A DNA stretch of 64,000 nucleotides from Pseudomonadota bacterium (GTDB taxonomy: Bacteria > Pseudomonadota > Gammaproteobacteria > Pseudomonadales > Halomonadaceae): positions 89,158 to 153,157 of the forward strand of contig JBNJIT010000004.1 of the NCBI GenBank assembly GCA_051749645.1, given 5' to 3'. Positions 8,058-19,688 of the stretch are shown here, in pieces. How positions within the stretch are numbered: position 1 is the stretch's first letter; the number at the start of each line of letters is the position of its first letter. A program made the position numbers and the translations under genes. Under the pieces are notes generated by a model. It had not been told where the DNA came from and searched no databases. It saw only the letters and a list, made by a program, of their open reading frames with translations.

Positions 8058-10505
8058 TCAGGCAGGGTTGTGGCGCAGCACCTTGTCCTTGTCGATGACG
8101 AAGGCGTCGTATTCGAAATCGTCCACAGTCAGCAGTTCCAATACCTGGGCTTCGCGCTCGCGCATGAAGGCGGCGTCATCTTCGCTGATGAGGCCGGTCT
8201 TGGCTGCTTCCTCCACCCGCTGCTCCGGATGCAGGGCCTCGGGAGGCAGTTCACCCTTGGCGTAGGCCTTGTTGACCGTGCGGTAGAGCGTCTCGGCGCG
8301 TTCCTGGGTCGCCAGCAGGGCGTTGTAGCGTGCCAGCGGATTTTCCCGTGTGCCGTCGTCGGTGTCCCAGGTATTGCGTAGCAGCTTGTCGCGCAGGGCG
8401 GTGTCGCGGGAGACGGCCTGGGCGATGCGACGTGTCAGCTCGTCGTGGGGGCGCTTGCAGCGCTTGCCCCGTGGCATCACCAGCACGCGCAGGGTGCGTG
8501 CCAGGGCGCGGTTGGGCAGGTTGTCGAACAGCTCGTCAAGGGCGTGCTCGGCGCGGTTCAGCAGCAGTTGGCAGCTGTAGTGGAAGAGCGTCGCCTCGTC
8601 TTCGACCTTGTCGCCCTCGTGCCACTGCTTGATCACCATGGAGGCCAGGTAGAGATTGGAGAGCACGTCGCCCAGGCGTGCCGAAAGCATCTCGCGCTGC
8701 TTGAGGCTCGAGCCGAGGCTAGCCATGGCGGCATCGGCGCACAGGCCGAAACCGGCGGAAAGCCGGGCGATCTCCTGGGCGTAACGCTTGGCCACGCCGT
8801 CGAAGGGTGCGGCGGGCCTGCCGATGCCCAGCCCCTGGGTGAAGGCGCGGGCGGCGTTGCCGAAGATCAGCCCGGCATGGCCGAAGAACGCCTTGTCGAA
8901 GGCCTGGACGTCGTCGGATTCCTTGGCGGCCAGCTCTTCCAGCACGTAGGGGTGGCAGCGGATGGCGCCCTGACCGAAGATCATCAGGTTGCGCGTCATG
9001 ATGTTGGCGCCTTCCACGGTGATGGCCACCGGATTGGCGCTGTAGCCGATGCCCAGATAGTTGCGCGGCCCCAGGGTCACCGCCTTGCCACCGTGGATGT
9101 CCATGGCATCGCTGAGGATCACGCGCTGGAATTCGGTGAGCTGGCTCTTGAGAATTGCCGAGGGCACTGCGGGCTTCTCGCCGTGGTCGATGGTGTTGGC
9201 GGTCTGGTAGACCGCTGCCTGGGCGATGTAGCCCAGGGCCGTCATGCGCGCCAGCGGCTCCTGGACGCCTTCCATCTCGGCCACCGGCACGTTGAACTGG
9301 CGACGGATGCGGGCGAAGCCGCCGCTCCAGCCGATGGCGTAGCGGGCGGTGCCGGTGGCGCCGGAAGGCAGGGTGATGCAGCGGCCCACGGAGAGACACT
9401 CCACCAGCATGCGCCAGCCCTGGCCGATCATCGTCTCGCCGCCGATGATGGTATCCAGCGGTACGAAGACGTCCTTGCCCTTGATGGGGCCGTTGAGGAA
9501 AGGGCTGCCGATGGGGTGGTGGCGGCGGCCGATCTCCATGCCTTCGGTATTGCGGGGAATCAGCGCCAGGGTGATGCCGCGGTCCTCTTCCTCGCCCAGC
9601 AGGTGGTCCGGGTCGAACAGGCGGAAGGCCAGGCCCACTACGGTGGCGATGGGCGCCAGGGTGATCCAGCGTTTCTCGAAGTCGAGGCGTACGCCGAGGA
9701 CTTCCTCGCCGTCGACGATCTGTTTGCAGACCACACCGGTGTCGGGCAACGAGGTGGCATCGCTACCGGCGCGTGGGCCTGTGAGACCGAAGCAGGGAAT
9801 CTCGCGGCCATCGGCCAGGCGTGGCAGGTAATGGTTCTTCTGCTCGTCGGTGCCGTACTTGAGCAGCAGTTCGCCAGGCCCCAGGGAGTTGGGCACGCCC
9901 ACGGTGACCATCAGCGTCTCGCTGGCCGAGAGCTTCTGCAGTACCAGGGACTGGGCCTTGGCGGAAAAGCCCAGGCCGCCGTACTCCTTGGGAATGATCA
10001 TGCCGAAGTAGCGCTCCTGCTTGAGATGATCCCAGAGCTCCTGGGGCAGGTCGGCGCGCTCCTTGGCGATCTCCCAGGCGTTGCACATTCCGGCGGCCAC
10101 GCCACACTGGTTGTCGATGAAGGCACGCTCCTCCTCGCTCAGGCCGTCGTCCCGATAGTCCAGTAGCGCTTGCCAGTTCGGCTTGCCGGTGAACAGCTCG
10201 CCATCCCAGGCCACGCTGCCGGCCTCCAGCGCGGTACGCTCGGTGTCCGAGACTTTGGGCGAGACCTTCTTGAACATCGCGAACAGCCGTGGGGTCAGCC
10301 ACTTGCCGCGCAGCGCCGGCAGGCCGGCGGCGGCCACGCCGGCGGCACCGAGCAGCAAGAGGACACCCAGCAGCGTGGAAGCGAAGAGCAGGCTGGCCAG
10401 GCCGGTGGCGGCGAGCACCGCCAGTGCGGGCAGGGCGCCGGCCTCGCGGCGCATCACCGCCAGCAGGCCGACGATGGCCACGGTCAGCAGGATCAGGGTG
10501 AGCAT
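8058..10505 (-). CDS. fadE: Long membrane-anchored acyl-CoA dehydrogenase
   Basis: 815 aa, N-terminal TM segments, VPNSLGPGELL, FGLTGPRAGSDA, KRWITLAP and ITVEGANIMTR motifs. Confidence 0.92.
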   Translation of the reverse strand: MLTLILLTVAIVGLLAVMRREAGALPALAVLAATGLASLLFASTLLGVLLLLGAAGVAAAGLPALRGKWLTPRLFAMFKKVSPKVSDTERTALEAGSVAWDGELFTGKPNWQALLDYRDDGLSEEERAFIDNQCGVAAGMCNAWEIAKERADLPQELWDHLKQERYFGMIIPKEYGGLGFSAKAQSLVLQKLSASETLMVTVGVPNSLGPGELLLKYGTDEQKNHYLPRLADGREIPCFGLTGPRAGSDATSLPDTGVVCKQIVDGEEVLGVRLDFEKRWITLAPIATVVGLAFRLFDPDHLLGEEEDRGITLALIPRNTEGMEIGRRHHPIGSPFLNGPIKGKDVFVPLDTIIGGETMIGQGWRMLVECLSVGRCITLPSGATGTARYAIGWSGGFARIRRQFNVPVAEMEGVQEPLARMTALGYIAQAAVYQTANTIDHGEKPAVPSAILKSQLTEFQRVILSDAMDIHGGKAVTLGPRNYLGIGYSANPVAITVEGANIMTRNLMIFGQGAIRCHPYVLEELAAKESDDVQAFDKAFFGHAGLIFGNAARAFTQGLGIGRPAAPFDGVAKRYAQEIARLSAGFGLCADAAMASLGSSLKQREMLSARLGDVLSNLYLASMVIKQWHEGDKVEDEATLFHYSCQLLLNRAEHALDELFDNLPNRALARTLRVLVMPRGKRCKRPHDELTRRIAQAVSRDTALRDKLLRNTWDTDDGTRENPLARYNALLATQERAETLYRTVNKAYAKGELPPEALHPEQRVEEAAKTGLISEDDAAFMREREAQVLELLTVDDFEYDAFVIDKDKVLRHNPA

Positions 10506-10534
10506 GGAGAAACTCCGCTGGTTGGTAGTGCAAA

Positions 10535-10556
10535 AATTCGAACGAATGTTTGAATT
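10535..10556. promoter_or_regulatory. PsrA-like operator upstream of fadE
   Basis: AATTCGAAC-GAAT-GTTTGAATT palindrome 30 bp upstream of the fadE start; resembles the (C/G)AAAC-N2-4-GTTT(G/C) site of TetR-family PsrA. Confidence 0.6.
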
Positions 10557-10663
10557 CTTGCAGACTAGCCCACTTTACTGCAACCGGCCAGTACCCACGA
10601 TCATGCCAAGGCCCAATACGTCGAGCTATCTTGCTCGAGGCTTTCCCGGCGGTAGGCCGGTTC

Positions 10664-10701
10664 GGGGGCGCTGTGCCCCCTCCCTGGGCGCTACCGATGC
10701 C
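10664..10701. repeat. Truncated copy of the small interspersed element at 12507-12593
   Basis: GGGGGCGCTGTG-CCCCCTCCCTGGGCGCTACCGATGCC aligns with GGGGGCGCTATGAATCCCTCCTTGGACGCTACCGATGCC. Confidence 0.7.
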
Positions 10702-10742
10702 CTGCTGCGCTCACGCATCCTGCTCCGCTTGCAGGGCCGGCG

Positions 10743-12437
10743 CTATCCGTCGAGCCGGCGCTGGGGCTCGCCGCGGGCCGGGGCGTTGCCCGCCACATAG
10801 TAGGGGGCGTCGCTTTTCGACAGCCGCTCGCGGCCGCGGACGCGATCGGCGATCTTCTCGGCGAGCATGATCGTCGGCGCGTTGAGGTTGCCGGTGGGGA
10901 TCAGCGGGAAGAGCGAGGCATCCACCACCCGCAGGCCCTCTACGCCGTGTACCCGGCCCTGGCCGTCCACCACGGCATCGTCGCCCTCGCCCATGCGGCA
11001 GCTGCCGCAGGGGTGGTAGGCAGTCTCGGCGTGGGCACGCACGAAGGCGTCCAGCTCGGCGTCGGAGGCCACGTCCGGCCCCGGCGAGATCTCCCGGCCG
11101 CGGTAGGGGTCGAAGGCGGGCTGGGCGATGATCTCCCGGGTCAGGCGGATGGCGTCGCGGAACTCCTGCCAGTCCTTGTCGGTGGACATGTAGTTGAACA
11201 GGATGCTCGGCGCCGCCTCGGGATCTTGGGAGGTGAGGCGGATGCGCCCGCGGCTCTCCGAGCGCATGGAGCCGACGTGGGCCTGGAAGCCGTGGGCCTG
11301 CACCGCGCTCTTGCCGTTGTAGCTGATGGCGATGGGCAGGAAGTGGTACTGCAGGTTGGGCCACTCTTCCTGGTCATTGGAGCGGATGAAGCCACACGCC
11401 TCGAACTGGTTGCTGGCGCCGATGCCGGTGCCGAGGAACAGCCATTCGGCGCCGATCTTCGGCTGGTTGTACCACTTCAACGCCGGGTAGAGGGAGATCG
11501 GCTGCGTGCACTCGTACTGGATATACATCTCCAGGTGGTCCTGGAGATGGGCGCCGACGTTGTCGTTGACGTGCACCGCCTGGATGCCGAACTCGTCGAG
11601 CACGTCCTTGGGGCCCACACCGGAGCGCTGCAGGATCTGCGGCGAGGCGATGGCACCGGCGCACAGCAGCACTTCGCGGCGGGCACGGACCTGCCGTGGC
11701 TGGCCCTTGTGCGTATAGCGCACGCCTGTGGCGCGTTTGCCTTCGAATTCGATGACGTCGGTGGTGGCACGGGTCTCGATGGTCAGGTTCTCGCGCCCCT
11801 TGGCCTGGTCCAGGTAGCCGCGGGCGGTGGAGGCACGCCGGCCCTTGGGGGTGACGAAACGGTCCATGGGGCCGAAGCCCTCCTGTCGGTAACCGTTGAC
11901 GTCCTCGGTCTCCGGGTAGCCGGCCTGCTTGCCCGCCTCGATGAAGGTGCGGTAAAGGGGGTTGTTGTCGTCTTTCGGCGTGGTGACGTCGATTGGCCCG
12001 CTATCGCCATGGTAGGCGTTGCCACCGATGTCGCGTCGCTCGGACTTCTTGAAGTAGGGCAGACAGTCGGCGTAGGTCCAGTCTTCGAGGCCCGTTGCCT
12101 TGGCCCAGTTGTCGTAGTCCAGTGCGTTGCCGCGGATGTAGCACATGCCGTTGATCAGCGAGGAGCCGCCCAGGCCCTTGCCCCGGCCGCACTCCATGCG
12201 CCGGCCGTCCATGTGGGGCTCGGGGTCGGTCTCGAAGGCCCAGTTGTAGCGCTTGCCCTGCAGCGGATAGGCGAGCGCCGCCGGCATCTGGGTGCGGAAG
12301 TCGAAGCGGTGGTCGGGGCCGCCGGCTTCCAGCAGCAGCACCTGTACGTCCGGGTCTTCGGTGAGCCGGGCGGCGAGCACGTTGCCGGCGGAGCCGGCGC
12401 CGATGATGACGTAGTCGAATTCGCGAAGCTGGGACAT
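10743..12437 (-). CDS. betA: Choline dehydrogenase
   Basis: GMC oxidoreductase: [40 protein letters not shown]; downstream of betB. Confidence 0.96.
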   Translation of the reverse strand: MSQLREFDYVIIGAGSAGNVLAARLTEDPDVQVLLLEAGGPDHRFDFRTQMPAALAYPLQGKRYNWAFETDPEPHMDGRRMECGRGKGLGGSSLINGMCYIRGNALDYDNWAKATGLEDWTYADCLPYFKKSERRDIGGNAYHGDSGPIDVTTPKDDNNPLYRTFIEAGKQAGYPETEDVNGYRQEGFGPMDRFVTPKGRRASTARGYLDQAKGRENLTIETRATTDVIEFEGKRATGVRYTHKGQPRQVRARREVLLCAGAIASPQILQRSGVGPKDVLDEFGIQAVHVNDNVGAHLQDHLEMYIQYECTQPISLYPALKWYNQPKIGAEWLFLGTGIGASNQFEACGFIRSNDQEEWPNLQYHFLPIAISYNGKSAVQAHGFQAHVGSMRSESRGRIRLTSQDPEAAPSILFNYMSTDKDWQEFRDAIRLTREIIAQPAFDPYRGREISPGPDVASDAELDAFVRAHAETAYHPCGSCRMGEGDDAVVDGQGRVHGVEGLRVVDASLFPLIPTGNLNAPTIMLAEKIADRVRGRERLSKSDAPYYVAGNAPARGEPQRRLDG

Positions 12438-12506
12438 GGCGGTTTCCCAAAAAATTGAAACGGAGGTGGCGTCGGGCGTCAGAACCCCAGTCCGCGGCTG
12501 ATCCGT

Positions 12507-12593
12507 GGACAGGTCTACGAGGGGGCGCTATGAATCCCTCCTTGGACGCTACCGATGCCATCCCTGGCATCGGACCCCCTCTATGACCTGTCC
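12507..12593. mobile_element. MITE/REP-like element, 87 bp, with terminal inverted repeats and an internal hairpin
   Basis: GGACAGGTC-TAC-GAGGGGG ... CCCCCTC-TAT-GACCTGTCC termini; internal CCGATGCCA-TCCC-TGGCATCGG; partial second copy at 10664. Confidence 0.5.
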
Positions 12594-12632
12594 CCGGCGC
12601 CGCTCATCTTGGTGGCCGCAACACGACTCACG

Positions 12633-12653
12633 GCTCGTGGCTCGAGGCCCGTG
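12633..12653. repeat. Three degenerate heptamers (minus strand CACGGGC CTCGAGC CACGAGC)
   Basis: Immediately 3' of the betB stop; same units as at 23192-23247. Confidence 0.6.
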
Positions 12654-12655
12654 AC

Positions 12656-14125
12656 TTAGAACACCGACTCGAAGGGGCCCATCTCGATCTGCACCGACTT
12701 GGTCTGGGTGTAGTGGGCAAGCGTCTCGAGGCCGTTCTCGCGGCCCACGCCGGACTGCTTGTAGCCGCCCACCGGCATCTCGGCGGGGGATTCGCCCCAG
12801 GTGTTGATCCAGCAGATGCCAGCCTGCAGGCGATGGATCACCCGGTGGGTGCGGTTGAGACTTTCGGTGAACAGGCCGGCGGCAAGACCGTAGTGGGTGG
12901 CGTTGGCGCGGCGAATCACTTCCTCTTCGTCACCGAAGGCGAGGACTGCCATTACCGGGCCGAAGATTTCCTCGCGTACGATGCGCATCTCGTCGGTGCA
13001 GTCGGTGAACACCGTGGGCGCCGCCCAGGCGCCTTTTGCCCGCTCGCCCTGATTCCAAGCGTCTCCGCCGGCCAGCAGCGTGGCACCCTCCTGCTTGCCA
13101 AGCTCGATATAGGAGAGCACCTTGGCCTGGTGCTCGAAGCTCACCAGTGGGCCGAAATTGACGCTCGGGTCCAGCGGGTCGCCGGCCTTGATGCGTGCCA
13201 CGCGCTCGGCGATCTTCGCTTCGAAGTCCGCCTTGACGGCATCCTCGACGAAGACCCGGGTACCGTTGGTGCAGATCTGCCCGCTGGAGTAGAAGTTGGC
13301 CATCATGGCGGCGTCGGCGGCGCGGTCGAGGTCGGCATCGGCGAACACGATCAGCGGCGACTTGCCGCCCAGTTCCATGGTCACTTCCTTGAGGGTGGAG
13401 CCTCCGGCGGCGGCCATCACCTTCTTTCCGGTGTTCACCTCGCCGGTGAAGGAAACCTTGTCGATGCCGTCATGTTCGGTGAGCATCGCGCCGACCGCGC
13501 CGTCGCCGTGAACGACGTTGAAGACGCCGTCGGGAAGGCCCGCCGCGGTGAAGATCTCGGCCAGCTTCAGGGTAGTGAGCGGGGTGACCTCGCTGGGCTT
13601 GAAGACCACGGCGTTGCCGGCAGCCAGCGCCGGGGCAGCCTTCCAGCAGGCGATCTGGATGGGATAGTTCCAGGCGCCGATGGCACCGATCACGCCCAGC
13701 GGCTCGCGACGGGTGTAGACGAATGAGTCCTCGCGCAGGGGGATCTGGGTGCCCTCGATTGCCGCTGCCAGGCCGGCGTAGTACTCCAGGGCATCGGCAC
13801 CGGTGACGATGTCCACCGCGGCGGTCTCGCTGATCGGCTTGCCGGTGTTGCGCGTTTCGAGCTCGGCGAGTTCATCGTTGCGCTCTCTCAAGATCGCCAC
13901 GGCGCGCTGCAGGATGCGGCCACGCTGCATGCCGCTCATGGCGGCCCAGGCGCGCTGGCCCTCGCGGGCTGCGGCCACGGCGGCGTCTACGTCGGCGGCG
14001 GAAGCCTGCTGTACGCGGGCCAGCACGCTGCCATCGAAGGGGTTGACGACCTCGAAGGTCGTGCCGGAAGTGGCGTCGACAGGGCAGCCGCCGATGTAGA
14101 GAGTTTGGATGTCGAGCTGTGCCAT
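12656..14125 (-). CDS. betB: Betaine aldehyde dehydrogenase
   Basis: [24 protein letters not shown] and EEIFGPV motifs; real start MAQLDIQ at 14125 with RBS GGAGG. Confidence 0.96.
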   Translation of the reverse strand: MAQLDIQTLYIGGCPVDATSGTTFEVVNPFDGSVLARVQQASAADVDAAVAAAREGQRAWAAMSGMQRGRILQRAVAILRERNDELAELETRNTGKPISETAAVDIVTGADALEYYAGLAAAIEGTQIPLREDSFVYTRREPLGVIGAIGAWNYPIQIACWKAAPALAAGNAVVFKPSEVTPLTTLKLAEIFTAAGLPDGVFNVVHGDGAVGAMLTEHDGIDKVSFTGEVNTGKKVMAAAGGSTLKEVTMELGGKSPLIVFADADLDRAADAAMMANFYSSGQICTNGTRVFVEDAVKADFEAKIAERVARIKAGDPLDPSVNFGPLVSFEHQAKVLSYIELGKQEGATLLAGGDAWNQGERAKGAWAAPTVFTDCTDEMRIVREEIFGPVMAVLAFGDEEEVIRRANATHYGLAAGLFTESLNRTHRVIHRLQAGICWINTWGESPAEMPVGGYKQSGVGRENGLETLAHYTQTKSVQIEMGPFESVF

Positions 14126-14169
14126 GAGGCCTCCTGTTCGGGCCAGGTCGGTGTGCGGAAGGTGATGGC

Positions 14170-14787
14170 TCAAGCGCCGTCCGGGTCGTAAGCCGCCACC
14201 TCGTGGCCGGCGAGCAGCTGGTCCAGCGCCGCATGCGCCAGGCGGCTGGCCTTGTCGGCATCCAGCTTGCCGGGCGTGAGGGCACCGCGCAGCCAGAGCC
14301 CGTCGATCACGGCGGCCAGGCCCGCTGCTGCACGGTGAGCATCGTCGCGGGGCATGAGACGCCGGAACTGGTGGCACAGGTTGGAGTGCAACCGGCGATG
14401 GTTCACCTGTTGAAGCCGCGCCAGGCGCGGCTTGTGCATGCTGCTGGCCCAGAAGGCGAGCCAGGTCTTGGCCACGGCGCTGGTGACCTGGCTGCGGTCG
14501 AAGTTGCCATCGATGATAGCGCCGAGGTGGGCTCGGGCGCTGGTGTCCTCGAGCGACTGGCGACGTGCGGCCACCGCGTTTCCCAGGTCGTGGAGGATCT
14601 GGCGCATGGTCGCTTCCAGCAGACCGTCCTTGCCGCCGAAATAGTGGCTGATGATCCCCGCCGAAACGCCGGCATGGCGGGCAATGCGCATGACGGTGGT
14701 ATCCGCCAGGCCGACTTCGTCGATAGCGACCATCGTGGCCTGGATCAACTGCTGTCGACGGATGGGTTCCATTCCGACCTTGGGCAC
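14170..14787 (-). CDS. betI: Choline-responsive TetR-family repressor
   Basis: GTG start giving [15 protein letters not shown]; [10 protein letters not shown] and IDGLWLRG motifs; RBS AGGAG. Confidence 0.95.
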   Translation of the reverse strand: MPKVGMEPIRRQQLIQATMVAIDEVGLADTTVMRIARHAGVSAGIISHYFGGKDGLLEATMRQILHDLGNAVAARRQSLEDTSARAHLGAIIDGNFDRSQVTSAVAKTWLAFWASSMHKPRLARLQQVNHRRLHSNLCHQFRRLMPRDDAHRAAAGLAAVIDGLWLRGALTPGKLDADKASRLAHAALDQLLAGHEVAAYDPDGA

Positions 14788-14861
14788 CTGCGCACTCCTG
14801 TTAGCGGTTTCTGTCTTGCAACCACACCTGTAGACGTGGTTACCATGTGCACAGCTTGCCA

Positions 14862-14889
14862 TTTCTTTATTGAACGTTCAATCAAGAAA
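14862..14889. promoter_or_regulatory. BetI operator
   Basis: TTTCTT-T-ATTGAACGTTCAAT-C-AAGAAA near-perfect 28-bp palindrome between divergent betI and choX; core matches the known BetI box. Confidence 0.85.
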
Positions 14890-14951
14890 GGGCAGTCGTG
14901 AGCCTGGCGCCACGGCTATACTCAAGTGGCCAACCGAAAAGGGGAACTCCG

Positions 14952-15917
14952 ATGAACAAGACGAACCTGTCGACTCTCACCGCTTTGGGCATGGGTGCCG
15001 TTGCCATGGGGCTAGCAGCCTCACCGCAGGCAGCCGACGAACCCGAGAGCTGTAGTACCGTTCGCTTTGCTGAAGTGGGCTGGACCGATATCACCGCCAC
15101 CACGGCGCTGACCACCGAAGTGCTGGAGGCGATGGGCTACGATACCCGCATCGATACCGTCTCCGTGCCCATCGCTTATTCCGGCATGAAGAATGGCGAT
15201 TTCGATGTCTTCCTGGGGAACTGGATGCCTTCCATGGCCTCGATCAGCGATCCCTACATCGAGGATGGCGACGTCGACCGCCTGAGTGCCAACCTCGAGG
15301 GTGCCAAGTACACCCTGGCCGTACCGCAGTACGTCTATGACGCCGGTGTCACCTCGGTGGAAGACTTGGCCGAGCACGCCGATGAGTTCGACAGCGCCAT
15401 TCACGGCATCGAAGCCGGCAACGATGGCAACGAACTGATCCAGCAGATGATCGACGATGATGCCTTTGACCTGGGCGATTGGCAGTTGGTCGACTCTAGC
15501 GAGGCGGGCATGCTGGCCGAGCTGCGCGCTCGGGTGCCGGACGAAACATGGATGGTGTTCCTGGGTTGGGAACCGCATCCCATGAATACCAACTTCGACA
15601 TGGCTTACCTGGAGGGCGCCGACGACTACTTCGGCCCCAATCTGGGCGGCGCCACCGTCTACACCAACACCCGCGGCGGTTACGTCGGGGAGTGTGGCAA
15701 CGTCGGCACCCTGCTGGACAATCTTGAGTTCACTCTGGAGATGGAGAACCAGCTGATGGGCGAGATCATGGATGAGGGTGAAGACCCCCGCGATGCTGCC
15801 CGCGCTTATTTGCAGGCCAACCCCGAGGTACTGGATGACTGGCTCGAAGGCGTGGAGACCCGTGACGGCGAGCCGGCGCTGCCGGCGGTGAAGGCCGAAC
15901 TCGGACTCGAAGGCTGA
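14952..15917 (+). CDS. choX: Choline ABC transporter substrate-binding protein
   Basis: Signal peptide; VGWTDITATT, FLGNWMP, GIEAGNDGN and FLGWEPHPMN motifs. Confidence 0.88.
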   Translation: MNKTNLSTLTALGMGAVAMGLAASPQAADEPESCSTVRFAEVGWTDITATTALTTEVLEAMGYDTRIDTVSVPIAYSGMKNGDFDVFLGNWMPSMASISDPYIEDGDVDRLSANLEGAKYTLAVPQYVYDAGVTSVEDLAEHADEFDSAIHGIEAGNDGNELIQQMIDDDAFDLGDWQLVDSSEAGMLAELRARVPDETWMVFLGWEPHPMNTNFDMAYLEGADDYFGPNLGGATVYTNTRGGYVGECGNVGTLLDNLEFTLEMENQLMGEIMDEGEDPRDAARAYLQANPEVLDDWLEGVETRDGEPALPAVKAELGLEG

Positions 15918-15930
15918 GCCCGATAGAGAC

Positions 15931-15959
15931 TTGCCTTGGTGGCGGGGGGCGTGCATAAT
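15931..15959 (+). promoter_or_regulatory. sigma70 promoter of tRNA-Met
   Basis: TTGCCT-N17-CATAAT. Confidence 0.65.
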
Positions 15960-16000
15960 TCTCCCCCGTTGCCTGGCGAGCTCACCAGGCCCACGGAAAA

Positions 16001-16077
16001 GGCTACGTAGCTCAGTTGGTTAGAGCACATCACTCATAATGATGGGGTCCCCTGTTCGAGTCAGGGCGTAGCCACCA
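16001..16077 (+). tRNA. tRNA-Met (CAT), elongator
   Basis: Cloverleaf GGCTACG.../CGTAGCC-ACCA, anticodon arm CATCA-CTCATAA-TGATG; matches the elongator Met type. Confidence 0.97.
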
Positions 16078-16085
16078 GACCTGTC

Positions 16086-16122
16086 GATGACGCCCGTTCG
16101 CCCCTGGCGAACGGGCGTCATC
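16086..16122. terminator. 17-bp perfect hairpin after tRNA-Met
   Basis: GATGACGCCCGTTCGCC-CCT-GGCGAACGGGCGTCATC; no clear U-tract. Confidence 0.6.
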
Positions 16123-16184
16123 GTTGACGGAGTCACGGGGCCCAGGTGGCAGTCGTAAAAGGGCAGGTGAGCGGTATACGGGCC

Positions 16185-16212
16185 TTGACCTGATGAAAGC
16201 GATCCGTATACT
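16185..16212 (+). promoter_or_regulatory. sigma70 promoter of the tRNA-Asn cluster
   Basis: TTGACC-N16-TATACT. Confidence 0.7.
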
Positions 16213-16233
16213 ACGCTCCGTGTTCGAGGCCAT

Positions 16234-16309
16234 TCCCCGATAGCTCAGTTGGTAGAGCAAATGACTGTTAATCATTGGGTCGCAGGTTCGAGTCCTGCTC
16301 GGGGAGCCA
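16234..16309 (+). tRNA. tRNA-Asn (GTT)
   Basis: 76-nt cloverleaf, anticodon loop CTGTTAA, encoded CCA. Confidence 0.97.
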
Positions 16310-16346
16310 TCGATTCAGAACACGCCATGCTGATCCACGCAGCCGA

Positions 16347-16422
<76 letters not shown>

Positions 16423-16450
16423 TCAGCGATCCTGCCGCATTCATGCCCAT

Positions 16451-16526
<76 letters not shown>

Positions 16527-16750
16527 TCACTTCCCCTTGGGCATTTCCTCCTCGCGTTTTCATTTTCGATTCCGGTCATACAAGACATTTCTTGCGGGAC
16601 GTCAAGAAACCGGCAGTGGTAAAGCCTGGGGCGCGGATCTAGTGCTTCCGGTCACTTGACGGCATAGGCCGGTCATGTTCACTTAACTCCGGTTCAGTTA
16701 CGTCTCAAGCGAGCGTTTGGATATCCCTCTCACCCATGAGTCGCTGATCG

Positions 16751-19627
<2,877 letters not shown>

Positions 19628-19665
19628 GCGGTGCTGCCTTCGGTTGCGGTCGAAGGCAGCACCGC
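19628..19665. terminator. 15-bp perfect hairpin between convergent genes
   Basis: GCGGTGCTGCCTTCG-N8-CGAAGGCAGCACCGC. Confidence 0.7.
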
Positions 19666-19688
19666 TACTGCATCAATAAGCAACCCGC

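Noticed and set aside
2030-10505. A complete DMSP demethylation pathway (dmdB/C/D) assembled from the ligase, fadE and crotonases
   Set aside because: DmdB is an AMP-forming ligase but this one is NDP-forming; the dehydrogenase is the long FadE type with a PsrA-like site; the genes are about 40 kb from the DmdA-like gene and lack its operator.
16001-16077. tRNA-fMet or tRNA-Ile2 for the CAT tRNAs
   Set aside because: The paired G1-C72, the absence of three G-C pairs in the anticodon stem and the overall sequence match elongator tRNA-Met.
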